From: a virus
Strand: one strand, 5' to 3'
Length of the DNA: 64,000 bases
Virus record (IMG/VR): IMGVR_UViG_3300031841_004047
Notes under the pieces: generated by a model
What the model was told of the DNA's origin: nothing
Databases searched by the model: none
Seen by the model: the letters and a program-made list of their open reading frames with translations, nothing else
Position numbers and translations under genes: made by a program
In this document: positions 19,883 to 29,400 of the stretch, in pieces
Layout: the number at the start of each line of letters is the position of its first letter
Numbering within the stretch: the stretch's first letter is position 1

Positions 19883-20842
19883 ATGGCACATATGGTTGAA
19901 ACAATGGCATACGCAGGAGAACTACCTTGGCACGGTCTTGGTGTTCCAGTAAGTAATGATCTTACACCTGCTCAAATGCAGCAAAAAGCAGGCCTTGACT
20001 GGAATGTTGAAAAGGTGGATGCTTTCGTAAACATTGGTGGTCAACAAGTAAAAACTGGACAGCAAGCACTTGTACGTACAAGTGATAATACAATCCTTAC
20101 CAACGTAGGTGAGGGCTGGAACCCAGTTCAAAACTCTGAAGCTTTTGATTTCTTCACCGACTTCGTAATGGAAGGTGATATGGAGATGCATACGGCTGGA
20201 TCGTTGAAGAATGGTCAGATCGTATGGGCTCTAGCAAAAGTAAAAGAGTCTTTTGATATTTTTGGTGAGGATCGTGTAGACGCATACTTCTTGTTTTCAA
20301 ATCCACATCAGTACGGTAAAGCAATTGATGTTCGATTTACGCCAATCCGTGTTGTCTGCAACAATACGCTCACGATGAGCTTAAATACCGAGTCAGAGCG
20401 TGCTGTAAAGATCGGTCACCGTACATCATTCGATGCTGACTTAGTAAAAGAAAAGCTTGGACTCGCAACCGAAAAGTTTGCGAAGTATAAAGAGATGGCA
20501 CAATTTCTTGGTTCCAAGCGTTTCAAAGTTGAAGATCTTATTCAGTACTACAATGAGGTGCTTCCTTCAACTTCACGTAAAGAAGCTGAACCACTAGCAG
20601 TTACTGCGTATGATGATCTTTCACGTGGAGCAAAGATGTGCTACGATGCACTTGAAACTCAACCTGGTGCTGAATACGGTGCTGGAACATGGTGGCAAGC
20701 TTTTAACTCTGTCACTTACTTCACTGATCATCATCAAGGACGTAACGCAGAAAATCGTCTACACTCACAGTGGTTTGGTGGAAATCAGCTGAAAAAAGTA
20801 AAAGCTGCTGAGAAAGCAGTCCAATACGCGATGGCCTCTTAA
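19883..20842 (+). CDS. DUF932 / TIGR03299-like phage-plasmid protein
   Basis: PWHGLG...AGLDW, TAGSLKNG, TPIRVVCNNTL, TWWQAFNSVT motifs. Confidence 0.85.
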   Translation: MAHMVETMAYAGELPWHGLGVPVSNDLTPAQMQQKAGLDWNVEKVDAFVNIGGQQVKTGQQALVRTSDNTILTNVGEGWNPVQNSEAFDFFTDFVMEGDMEMHTAGSLKNGQIVWALAKVKESFDIFGEDRVDAYFLFSNPHQYGKAIDVRFTPIRVVCNNTLTMSLNTESERAVKIGHRTSFDADLVKEKLGLATEKFAKYKEMAQFLGSKRFKVEDLIQYYNEVLPSTSRKEAEPLAVTAYDDLSRGAKMCYDALETQPGAEYGAGTWWQAFNSVTYFTDHHQGRNAENRLHSQWFGGNQLKKVKAAEKAVQYAMAS

Positions 20843-20858
20843 GGCCATCAACCCTTTT
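20830..20858 (+). terminator. Possible intrinsic terminator
   Basis: GATGGCC-6-GGCCATC hairpin (stop codon in the loop) followed by aacccttttt. Confidence 0.4.
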
Positions 20859-20875
20859 TGTAATGGAGAACTATA

Positions 20876-21454
20876 ATGAATAGTAAAGAACATAGTTATT
20901 TGGTTAATAATGCGATAAAAAATCCTAAATTGACAGCCATCGGGAAAAAATTTCTCGTTGATGAGCTAAATGTGGCAATTCAAAAAGTCGATATGACTAA
21001 ACTGAAAAGCACTAAAAAAGGATATGTAGGTGGGTCAAGTTTACGTATCTCAGAACATTTAAGAGTCTTATCTCGTAGTGATACAAAAAGATTTAGGGAA
21101 GCTATTGGTAACACCATCACTGAGATGCTCAAAAACCCTGAAAAGTATGGTTTGAACGATTCATTGAGTAAGTTGAAGAAAGTAGAAAAACATCATGATC
21201 ATGCTCTTGGATCTTCGGATGAAACAGAAAATCGAAAACGTCCAGCGTGGTTTTTTGGTTATTCAATAGAAGAACAAAAAGATGATATGCAGGTGGGTCT
21301 ATCTGGTTTTAATCCTGAGTTTGTAGCATCAAATGAAAATTTAAAATGGTTAGACGATCTATCACCAGAAAATCGAAAACGGCTTGCGCATTATGGTTGT
21401 AAAGCTGCAACATCAGACGAACTTTGTGAAGAGCTGTTTAATCGTGCTTCTTAA
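20876..21454 (+). CDS. Hypothetical protein (weak HNH-like HHDH...EN pattern)
   Basis: GGAGA RBS; 192 aa. Confidence 0.6.
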   Translation: MNSKEHSYLVNNAIKNPKLTAIGKKFLVDELNVAIQKVDMTKLKSTKKGYVGGSSLRISEHLRVLSRSDTKRFREAIGNTITEMLKNPEKYGLNDSLSKLKKVEKHHDHALGSSDETENRKRPAWFFGYSIEEQKDDMQVGLSGFNPEFVASNENLKWLDDLSPENRKRLAHYGCKAATSDELCEELFNRAS

Positions 21455-21458
21455 ATAC

Positions 21459-21466
21459 TATAAATA
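21459..21466 (+). promoter_or_regulatory. T4-type late promoter TATAAATA
   Basis: Exact consensus, intergenic. Confidence 0.7.
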
Positions 21467-21492
21467 TATGTAGTAATAACAATAAAGGGAAT

Positions 21493-21687
21493 ATGGCGAT
21501 GTTTAGCATCGAGTTAGACATCCCTAATCACCTGCCAATGGGAGACTTATCTCAATTTGCAAGTGATAACAACGTTACATTTGAAATCGTAAAAGTTGAG
21601 GGACGCAAGTCGACCGTGAAGTTCACGGCTCGCAATAAAGATTCATTTGAAAAATTTAAGGAGCTGGTTGAAGAAAGCATTAGATAA
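21493..21687 (+). CDS. Small hypothetical protein
   Basis: AAGGGA RBS. Confidence 0.55.
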   Translation: MAMFSIELDIPNHLPMGDLSQFASDNNVTFEIVKVEGRKSTVKFTARNKDSFEKFKELVEESIR

Positions 21688-21704
21688 TATTACAAAACTG
21701 TTAC
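21687..21704 (+). promoter_or_regulatory. Pho-box-like direct repeat ATATTACAAAACTGTTAC
   Basis: Half-sites 11 bp apart; about 13/18 match to CTGTCATAWAWCTGTMAY; 60 bp upstream of the transporter start. Confidence 0.45.
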
Positions 21705-21764
21705 AAGAACTTTGACTATGTGTTAATATATAAAATTGTAATTAACTATAGGAGAAAAATTACA

Positions 21765-22727
21765 ATGGAACTTGTAACTCTCTGGATGGCAGTCGGATTC
21801 TTATTCGCTGCCTATTCAGTTATTGCCAACGATTCTGTACAGACTCTCGGTACTTGGATCGCATCAAACAATGAGAGATTTAATTGGAAAGTTATGTGGG
21901 GAGCAGCAAGTGCAGTACTGCTCTACACCTTATGGTACGGTTGGTACATGAACGGAGGCGACATTAGTTACGGTCGTCTAAATAAGATTCCGTTTCAAGA
22001 AATCCAATGGTACCATGCAGCTGCACCAGGTTTGCTTTTAATACTAACAAGAATAGGCGTACCGGTAAGTACGTCTTTTTTAGTTTTATCTGCTTTCGCT
22101 TCAACGTTCGTTCTTGAAAAAATGCTTATGAAATCTATGATGGGGTATGCTGTTGCAGCAGTAGCGGCATATGCTATATGGATTATAGTTAGTAGGATAT
22201 TAGATGAAGCAAAACCAGTAAAAGAAGAACATAAGAAATTATGGCGAATAGGCCAATGGGTAACTACTGGATTTCTTTGGTTCACTTGGTTAAGCCACGA
22301 TATGGCTAATATTGCCGTTTTTCTTCCAAGACAGATACCGATTGATTTAATGATTGTTGTCAGTTCAGTATTTGTTTTTGGTCTCTGGTATATGTTTCGA
22401 GAAGGTGGAGGTAAGATCCAAAGAATTGTTCTTGAAAAACATAATACACGTTATGTCAGATCGGCCACAATTATTGATCTGGTGTATTGGCTTATTTTAT
22501 TTTTCTTTAAAGAACTAAACGATATTCCAATGTCGACAACTTGGGTATTTGTTGGTTTACTATGTGGTAGAGAATTAGCAATGGCAACCGTCACGGGTAA
22601 AGAAAAATTTAAAGTCGTTTTTCCTTTAATAGGAAAGGACTTTCTAAAAATGATGGTAGGACTTGCGGCTTCAGTCGGCGTGGTGCTTGCTATACATTAC
22701 ATAATAGTACCTAATGGTCTTCACTAA
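21765..22727 (+). CDS. PiT/PHO4-like multi-pass membrane transporter (putative phosphate permease)
   Basis: Start MELVTL at 21765 after AGGAG; about 9-10 TM helices; two-fold repeated signature ANDSVQTLG...PVSTS and SHDMANIA...PMSTT, matching the PiT pattern GANDxAN...PVSTTH. Confidence 0.65.
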   Translation: MELVTLWMAVGFLFAAYSVIANDSVQTLGTWIASNNERFNWKVMWGAASAVLLYTLWYGWYMNGGDISYGRLNKIPFQEIQWYHAAAPGLLLILTRIGVPVSTSFLVLSAFASTFVLEKMLMKSMMGYAVAAVAAYAIWIIVSRILDEAKPVKEEHKKLWRIGQWVTTGFLWFTWLSHDMANIAVFLPRQIPIDLMIVVSSVFVFGLWYMFREGGGKIQRIVLEKHNTRYVRSATIIDLVYWLILFFFKELNDIPMSTTWVFVGLLCGRELAMATVTGKEKFKVVFPLIGKDFLKMMVGLAASVGVVLAIHYIIVPNGLH

Positions 22728-22757
22728 AAAAGGGGAGCTTCGGCTCCCCTTTCTTTT
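22728..22757. terminator. Bidirectional intrinsic terminator with UUCG tetraloop
   Basis: AAAAGGGGAGC-TTCG-GCTCCCCTTT flanked by A and T runs, between convergent genes. Confidence 0.9.
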
Positions 22758-22778
22758 CCCTTAATTTTCACTGGCTAA

Positions 22779-23012
22779 TTATTTTTTATTCCAAATATGC
22801 CAGAGTACTGCTAATGCAACTAGACCGACCAGTCCTTGATCACTAAAGTTTGATAGTAGTCCTAGGATGTTTCCCGTTACATTTACGTCTGGCCAGAACG
22901 GAATGTTCATTCCGTTGAATAAAATTTCTAGTACAATCCCCAGACCAATTAAACTTACGCCTGCAGATGCTAGCGCGCTGGCCCATCCCTTGATTGAATT
23001 TAGTACTTCCAT
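22779..23012 (-). CDS. Small two-TM membrane protein
   Basis: GGGAG RBS on the minus strand; two hydrophobic helices. Confidence 0.75.
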   Translation of the reverse strand: MEVLNSIKGWASALASAGVSLIGLGIVLEILFNGMNIPFWPDVNVTGNILGLLSNFSDQGLVGLVALAVLWHIWNKK

Positions 23013-23160
23013 TTTTTTCTCTCCCTTAATTGTTTTGAGAATTTTTGACTGTATAAGTTATTGTACTTTATACCTTGTCATGGTTTTATTTATCATTAAT
23101 TTAAATTTAAGAATTTTAAACTGTGACAAAAATATTACACATTATCTTAAAATACAAAAA

Positions 23161-23244
23161 AAATGCATTTCCGTGCATTTAACTGTTTACTTTTCATGAG
23201 AACTATGGTAGATTGATATCATGATAAGGAAAGGAAACAAAATG
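23161..23244 (+). promoter_or_regulatory. Early promoter cassette (AAATGCATTT; TTTACT-17-TAGATT with extended TG; leader and RBS)
   Basis: 23185-23244 matches 51385-51444 at 49/60 positions. Confidence 0.8.
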
Positions 23245-23556
23245 AAAATCATCGTAAAGCACATGGATCGCAACGAAATCACCGGCGACGTGGAAGGTTT
23301 CACACCTGTAGCGGAAGTTAATGCCCCTTGGTTTGCGAGTGATATTGAAAAAGCACTCGAGTATGCATTCCGTTGGACCAACAACTTAATGGGTAGCTGG
23401 TCTAAAAAAATTGGTGAAGACGCTAACGATGATGTCACTGTACTTGTTGAGCGTGAAGATGGTTTAGGTCTTCGTTCTACTTCAATGGGCGATCGTATGG
23501 AAGTCGATGGAGTTGAGTATAGAGTTGCAATGGTAGGTTTTAAGGAGGTAGTGTAA
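23242..23556 (+). CDS. Early hypothetical protein (MKIIVKHMDR...)
   Basis: Start reassigned to 23242 after AAGGAAAGGA RBS. Confidence 0.7.
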   Translation: MKIIVKHMDRNEITGDVEGFTPVAEVNAPWFASDIEKALEYAFRWTNNLMGSWSKKIGEDANDDVTVLVEREDGLGLRSTSMGDRMEVDGVEYRVAMVGFKEVV

Positions 23557-23954
23557 TGTATACTTACTCTGACGATATCATCTCTGATCTCCACAAAGAC
23601 GTTCGTGGCTATCGCCCTACTGCTTCTTGGTGGCAGATGTGGAATGCTCTTGGTAAAGCTGAGAAGCAAAACGTTTGGGATGCTCTTTGCAATGAGCTTG
23701 AAACAAAAATCGAGCATGAAAAAATTGCTGAAGAAAAAGCTGTAGCTGAGTTCAAAGAACGGATTGAACAAGCTCAAGTTTGGGGAGCCAGAGATTACTT
23801 TGATGCTCTTCGCTGGATCACTGGCTGTGAGACTTTTTATCACGTTCAAGACATTGAACATTTCGTATGGGAACAGGGTATCTTATTCACCGACTTTGGT
23901 AAGCAACTTATCAAAGACATAGCAAAAGTGACTGAATATAAGGAGTACGCATGA
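23556..23954 (+). CDS. Early hypothetical protein (SDLHKDVRGYRP motif)
   Basis: AAGGAGG RBS; TAATG coupling. Confidence 0.75.
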   Translation: MYTYSDDIISDLHKDVRGYRPTASWWQMWNALGKAEKQNVWDALCNELETKIEHEKIAEEKAVAEFKERIEQAQVWGARDYFDALRWITGCETFYHVQDIEHFVWEQGILFTDFGKQLIKDIAKVTEYKEYA

Positions 23955-24124
23955 AACCAGATAATTATGCAATCAGATCATATGTAAAAGGAGATGATGA
24001 AAATCAATTGGTACTTGTAGAAGTAGCTAGTGGATTTACCTATGAACAGGCTAAATCATATGCTTCTAATCTAAATGAGTCTAAGACTCTTGCTTATGTA
24101 AGAATTCAAAAACTGGAGGAATAA
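23951..24124 (+). CDS. Small hypothetical protein (57 aa, MKPDNYAIRSYV...)
   Basis: Manual translation; AGGAG RBS; ATGA overlap. Confidence 0.65.
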   Translation: MKPDNYAIRSYVKGDDENQLVLVEVASGFTYEQAKSYASNLNESKTLAYVRIQKLEE

Positions 24125-24385
24125 ATGGGTATTTGCATTGATAACACTAGAACTGACGCTTATGTCGGGACTTTCTATAAATCTGATAAAGAAGATATGA
24201 AGCAATTAGAAACTGTTCGCTCTATAGTTTCTAGAATAAATAAAGATCTACGTACAAGTGGCTTCAATTATCAATTCTATGTTAAATGTCAAGGACGCGG
24301 GCATCGTCTTGGTGTTCACCGCTATAATCAATCCTTGCCTCTTTCTTTCGCAGATAAGATGGATGCATATATCTATCGTAGATAA
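24125..24385 (+). CDS. Hypothetical protein
   Basis: GGAGG RBS; adjacent to the previous stop. Confidence 0.7.
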   Translation: MGICIDNTRTDAYVGTFYKSDKEDMKQLETVRSIVSRINKDLRTSGFNYQFYVKCQGRGHRLGVHRYNQSLPLSFADKMDAYIYRR

Positions 24386-24411
24386 TAAATTTCCTTTCAT
24401 ATCCCCGACTT

Positions 24412-24436
24412 GGAGCCGATTGGCTCCTTTCTTTTT
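24412..24436 (+). terminator. Intrinsic terminator
   Basis: GGAGCC-GATT-GGCTCC followed by tttcttttt. Confidence 0.7.
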
Positions 24437-24437
24437 A

Positions 24438-24445
24438 TATAAATA
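24438..24445 (+). promoter_or_regulatory. T4-type late promoter TATAAATA
   Basis: Directly after the terminator, at the head of the internal-protein cluster. Confidence 0.85.
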
Positions 24446-24470
24446 GATAAAAATCTTGTAGGAAAGTCAA

Positions 24471-25874
24471 ATGAAAAAATTTAGACATTTTATTTTGGAG
24501 GAAGCAATGATTTTCAGCAAAATGAGTCGCAATGAGTGGGAGAAGGTAAAAGCAAGATCTAACGATTTGCGTACTGATATCCTTAAAGATGCGATTAAAG
24601 CTGGTGATCCTGTTTCTGACATAAATGGAAATGACTTAAATATTGCCAATAGTTCTGACAACATGAGTGCTATCGATGACTTTCTAAAGGGTGATGCAGC
24701 TTTTTTCGAATTAAAACTCACCAATGGCAAAAAGATAAAATCAAATGACATAGGTAAATCTCCTTTATTCGGTGGAATGGGTAAAGGAGCTGGTATGACT
24801 GGACAGACAGCAGAAGCTGAATCTTTACAATGTATATACCTTGCAGCAATTATTGGTGAAGGATCTAAAAACGCTTTCTCACATTTTACATTTGATAAGT
24901 TAAGTGAATATAAAAATAAAGTCGATGTAGATGTTGACTTCGACAAGTACATGGCATTAGACTCTTCTTGGCATGAATCAGCTTATGTCACTGCTCTAGC
25001 TTTGATTAAAAACAAATATGTTGGCAAAAATCATGTCTTTCATAGAGGTTCTAAAACTATGAATGCAATTTATGCAAAAAAGACTCAGGCTTTAAAAAAT
25101 CAAGGCATGCCACCTATGCAAAATGATAAATGGAATCCTGGAGATATTTGGGCTGTAAAAAAAGGTGTTGATGTTAATAAAGCTATTGACTCTACGACAA
25201 TTGCATCTTGTAATGCTTCAATACTTAAGAATTTTTTAAGCACTGATATAGTTGGTATATCGCTTAAGAAAATAAAAGGATTGGATAAAAAATCAAAAGT
25301 TTCAGAATATAATATAGAGGAAACTATTTTAGATACTCACACATTTAAATCAATAACTTTAGAAACAGCAAAAGGTAAAGGTATATTCTCATCTAAATAT
25401 GGATTTCTTTATTTTGATAATGGTGGTAAAATGGATATTAGAGCTCCAAATTTATTTTCTGCTATTAACTTTGAGATTCAAGGGAAGGGTGCTAGAGGTG
25501 GTAGAACAGGATATACGCAAATAATGTATTCATCAAAAACACATCTTAAAAAGACTTTACCTTCTAACATAGAACTTAAAACAGAAGCGAATGAACTAGC
25601 TAAATCTAACAGGTCAAAAGTAAAAGTTAATAATTTTTGGAAAATGGTAAAGAAGATTCATCCATCGATGAATGAAGGACAATTTATAGAAGGTCTAGAA
25701 TCCAAGAAAGGACAAGGGCACTTTATTCATGCAATCCTTGGCGCCACATACATAGCATACGCGATATTAACTTCAACTAAAGCTCAGCAAGATGATTTTG
25801 TAAGTGAAATAGTAAATGTCGCAGGAGCTAAAACAAACGATTCTTCGGCTTATGTAAAAGTAGAGGAAGGTTGA
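24471..25874 (+). CDS. Putative packaged internal protein, possible PD-(D/E)xK-like nuclease fold
   Basis: Leader MKKFRHFILEEA; WNPGDIW...IVGISLKK motif. Confidence 0.6.
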   Translation: MKKFRHFILEEAMIFSKMSRNEWEKVKARSNDLRTDILKDAIKAGDPVSDINGNDLNIANSSDNMSAIDDFLKGDAAFFELKLTNGKKIKSNDIGKSPLFGGMGKGAGMTGQTAEAESLQCIYLAAIIGEGSKNAFSHFTFDKLSEYKNKVDVDVDFDKYMALDSSWHESAYVTALALIKNKYVGKNHVFHRGSKTMNAIYAKKTQALKNQGMPPMQNDKWNPGDIWAVKKGVDVNKAIDSTTIASCNASILKNFLSTDIVGISLKKIKGLDKKSKVSEYNIEETILDTHTFKSITLETAKGKGIFSSKYGFLYFDNGGKMDIRAPNLFSAINFEIQGKGARGGRTGYTQIMYSSKTHLKKTLPSNIELKTEANELAKSNRSKVKVNNFWKMVKKIHPSMNEGQFIEGLESKKGQGHFIHAILGATYIAYAILTSTKAQQDDFVSEIVNVAGAKTNDSSAYVKVEEG

Positions 25875-26167
25875 TGATAAAATTTAAAGACTATATATCA
25901 GAAGGTGTAAAACTTAAGTTAATCCGTGGTAGAAACATGGACGTTCTAAAGATGTGGAACAAAGGTGACAGTAAATGGGTTGAACTTAGAGGTAAGCCTG
26001 GGTTTGAAACAAGGTACGATCCAAAAGATCCCTTGCATAAAGCGATCACTGCATTAGGTAAATCGGCTAATATATCAGATTTTATGAACGGTAACGAGGT
26101 AAGCATAAATCCAAAACATCCTGATGGAAAGAAAGCTTTAGAAACAATAAAAAGGTTAATGAAATGA
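25871..26167 (+). CDS. Small putative internal protein (MMIKFKDYISEG)
   Basis: Targeting-like leader; ATGA overlaps. Confidence 0.65.
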   Translation: MMIKFKDYISEGVKLKLIRGRNMDVLKMWNKGDSKWVELRGKPGFETRYDPKDPLHKAITALGKSANISDFMNGNEVSINPKHPDGKKALETIKRLMK

Positions 26168-27699
26168 CGCAATTTAGTGTAAGCAGACAAAGACATTTTG
26201 GAATTAATAATACAGATATTCATGAAGTGATGATGCTTTCTGATCGGTATGGTAATATCCATTCTTTAGGCGCATCAGCAACTTCAGCGTTTGGTGAGCC
26301 AGTATCTGTTCCTATCACACCGGTTATACAACTTGATAGTCTATATGGATTTGACCCAAGAGAATTTCAATTATTTTCATTTGGTACAGGTTCAAATGAA
26401 GCTACTGGGACACTGTTTAAATGTCACACGGGCACTGGAGCATTTGGATACGGAGTTATTCGTTCGAATAGAATCCTTCGTTATCGTCCTGGGCAAGGAG
26501 CAATGTGCAGGTTTACTGCAGCATACGAAAATCCTCAAGAAAATGTTACGATTCGTGCTGGGTTCTTTGCTCAAGAGCAAGCCTTAAATATTGGTTATGA
26601 TGGAACAAAGTTTGGTGTACTCCGGCAAAACGGAGGTAAAGCTCATATTCATGTATTTACTGTTACAACTGGTGGAACTGGTACTGTTAATATTACACTT
26701 AATGATGTTACAACAAATGTTTCAATTGCTTCTGCAGATACCACAGAAGTTGCAAAAACAATTGCTGGAGAATCTTTTGCTGGGTGGACAGTAGAACAAT
26801 GTGATAACAAAGTATTCTTCTTGTCAAATTCAGTTGGTCCTCTTTCAGGTGCATTTACTTATGGTGGTACTGGCACCGCTACATCCGAAGTGGCGCAAAC
26901 AGGTGTTGCTCATACAAATAACTGGACATACCAAGAAGATTTTAATCTCGATAAACTGGACGGTGAAGGCCCGAGCAGGGTCTTGATTGATCCGTCCAAA
27001 TTAAATATTTTTCAGATAAGTTTTAGGTGGTTAGGAGCTGGAGAGGTTAGATATGCTATAGAAGATCCTCAAACTGGCGACCTCATCTTTTTTCATCATG
27101 AACACTATAGTAATCGAAACACTGATGTGCACTTGGATAATCCATCGTTCAGACTTGGTTATATTGCAGCCAATCTAAGTGCTAGTACATTGCCTCTGGA
27201 TTCTCATGTAACTGGAGCTTCGATGATGGCCTCGATTGAAGGAGTTACATTAGATACTGCATATACTAGTGCTGCTGGAACATCTAAAACCTCTCTAGCT
27301 AATAATACTTCACACGATCTTATTACTCTTAAAAATTCAATAATACATCGGGATAAGATTAATCTGAAAAATGTGAAATTAAAAACATTAAATATTGCTG
27401 CTCAAGGAAATGATCCTATTCAAGTCTATTTGGTTTTAAACGCCACTAAAAGCGTAACAAATACATACAATTTAGTAGCAGAATATAGTAGTGTGCTTCA
27501 AGACGTATCACCAGGAACCTACACACTTGCTAATGAACATGTTGCATCACAGTTTGTTATTGCAGCAGGTGGTGCATCTCAAATAGACTTAGATAAATTA
27601 GAAGTGGTTATACCGCCTGGAAGTACCATAAGTGTTATTTGCTCTTCAAGTCAGTCTATACAAAGTATTGCAACTTCTATAACATGGATAGAGGTATAA
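26164..27699 (+). CDS. Virion structural protein (beta-rich, possibly lectin-like)
   Basis: SAFGEP...RYRPGQG...DKLDGxGPS...FRWLGAG motifs recalled from marine phage structural proteins. Confidence 0.65.
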   Translation: MTQFSVSRQRHFGINNTDIHEVMMLSDRYGNIHSLGASATSAFGEPVSVPITPVIQLDSLYGFDPREFQLFSFGTGSNEATGTLFKCHTGTGAFGYGVIRSNRILRYRPGQGAMCRFTAAYENPQENVTIRAGFFAQEQALNIGYDGTKFGVLRQNGGKAHIHVFTVTTGGTGTVNITLNDVTTNVSIASADTTEVAKTIAGESFAGWTVEQCDNKVFFLSNSVGPLSGAFTYGGTGTATSEVAQTGVAHTNNWTYQEDFNLDKLDGEGPSRVLIDPSKLNIFQISFRWLGAGEVRYAIEDPQTGDLIFFHHEHYSNRNTDVHLDNPSFRLGYIAANLSASTLPLDSHVTGASMMASIEGVTLDTAYTSAAGTSKTSLANNTSHDLITLKNSIIHRDKINLKNVKLKTLNIAAQGNDPIQVYLVLNATKSVTNTYNLVAEYSSVLQDVSPGTYTLANEHVASQFVIAAGGASQIDLDKLEVVIPPGSTISVICSSSQSIQSIATSITWIEV

Positions 27700-27729
27700 G
27701 GCACCAAAAAGGATTAAAGGACTTATGAA

Positions 27730-28959
27730 ATGAAAAGCTTTAAGCAAACTATATCAGAACAAAAAAACACACATATGACTCATATTGAAGATAGAGTTCT
27801 TTATGGTGGTGTAAAAGGAACAAGAGAAGCAATCTTTGCTCTTAGAGATTTAAGAGATATGCTTGGTGGTACTAAGGAAGGAAATGTAAGTGTTAAATGG
27901 GATGGTGCTCCTGCTGTTTTCGCTGGTATTGATCCGAGTGATAATAAATTTTTCGTTGCCAAAAAAGGCATATTCAACAAGAATCCTAAGGTCTATAAAT
28001 CTGCAGCTGACGTTGATGCTGATACTTCTGGTGATCTTGCTGACAAGCTCAAAGATGCACTCAAATACTTGCCCGATCTTGGAATCAAAGGGGTTGTTCA
28101 AGGAGACTTTTTGTTCAGCGCAAGTGATGTATCTACTCAAAAAATAAAAGGTAAGACATATGTTACATTTCACCCGAATACTATCATTTATGCTGTTCCG
28201 GCAGATTCTGAAGGAGCCAAAGAGATTAAGAATGCTAAAATCGGAATTGTATGGCACACCACATATACGGGTTCTTCATTTGAAAACATGAAAGCTAGTT
28301 ACGGCGTTGATGTGAGTAAATTTAAAAAATCAAAGAATGTTTGGTCTCAGGATGCTATGCTTCGAGATGCCACATCAGTTACCATGTCTAAGAAGGAAAC
28401 GGAGGAAGTAAATGAACATCTTTCGGAAATTGGGAAACTCTTTAACCAAATATCTGGTAACACCCTTAGAGCGCTTGAAGCCGACCAGGCCCTTGCTCAA
28501 ACAATTGAAACTTTCAACAACACCTTTGTTAGGAAAGGCGAAGTTATTGGAAACTCTACAGCACACGTCAATAAACTCATCAGATACATCCATGACAAAT
28601 ATGAAAAAGAGATCCTCAAACGCCAGTCTCAACGCGGTAAAGATGCGCAAATTGCGAAAAGAAAAGAAGTCATGAAGTTTTTTTCAGACAGCAATAAATC
28701 GAACTTGGTAAAACTATTTGATCTACAAAAATTAATCGTAGTAGTAAAAATGAAACTTATAAATATACTAAACAGATTACAGAATATTGATACATTTGTT
28801 AAAACAAGTAAAGGATTCAAGACTACTGGTCATGAAGGTTATGTAGCAATTGATAAACTAGGTGGTGACGCGGTAAAGATTGTTGATAGATTAGAATTTT
28901 CATACAACAACTTTTCGCCAAACGTTTTAAAAGGATGGGATAAACCGGGAAGAAATTAG
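27730..28959 (+). CDS. Ligase-like covalent nucleotidyltransferase-fold protein with targeting-like leader
   Basis: Motif I-like SVKWDGAP (K56), III-like VQGDFLF, IV-like HEGYVA, V-like VKIVDR; leader MKSFKQTISE. Confidence 0.6.
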   Translation: MKSFKQTISEQKNTHMTHIEDRVLYGGVKGTREAIFALRDLRDMLGGTKEGNVSVKWDGAPAVFAGIDPSDNKFFVAKKGIFNKNPKVYKSAADVDADTSGDLADKLKDALKYLPDLGIKGVVQGDFLFSASDVSTQKIKGKTYVTFHPNTIIYAVPADSEGAKEIKNAKIGIVWHTTYTGSSFENMKASYGVDVSKFKKSKNVWSQDAMLRDATSVTMSKKETEEVNEHLSEIGKLFNQISGNTLRALEADQALAQTIETFNNTFVRKGEVIGNSTAHVNKLIRYIHDKYEKEILKRQSQRGKDAQIAKRKEVMKFFSDSNKSNLVKLFDLQKLIVVVKMKLINILNRLQNIDTFVKTSKGFKTTGHEGYVAIDKLGGDAVKIVDRLEFSYNNFSPNVLKGWDKPGRN

Positions 28960-29400
28960 ATGCTAAGATTAAAAGATTTAATGCGTCCAGAACCAGTTGA
29001 CGCTAAAGCTCCAGAAGAATCTGATGAAGTAAAATATAGACGTCATAGAAGACGTACTATGGATGAGCAACCAGATGAAGCATTAAATATGCAGCAGAGG
29101 CTTCAAAGAGCTCGTGCTTTTAGAAGAAATAGATCAAAGATAAAGATCGGAAGAGAAAGAGCGAAAAGAAGATTTGCTAGTAAAGAAGTCTTGAAAAAAA
29201 GAGCTCGTAGAGCCGCAAGAAATATGATAGTTCAAAAACTTACTAAGGGCATGAGTAAAGATGAGTTAACCTTTGCCCGCCGTCAAGAAATTGAAAAAAG
29301 ACTAGATAAAATGGGTCCAAGAATTGATAAACTTGCAATGAAGCTTCTTCCTAAGTTAAGAAAAGCCGAAGCCGAAAGAAAAAGAGGCGGTAAATCATGA
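28960..29400 (+). CDS. Very basic Arg/Lys-rich protein (putative core/DNA-binding)
   Basis: RARAFRRNRSKIKIGRERAKRR; helical and basic. Confidence 0.65.
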   Translation: MLRLKDLMRPEPVDAKAPEESDEVKYRRHRRRTMDEQPDEALNMQQRLQRARAFRRNRSKIKIGRERAKRRFASKEVLKKRARRAARNMIVQKLTKGMSKDELTFARRQEIEKRLDKMGPRIDKLAMKLLPKLRKAEAERKRGGKS

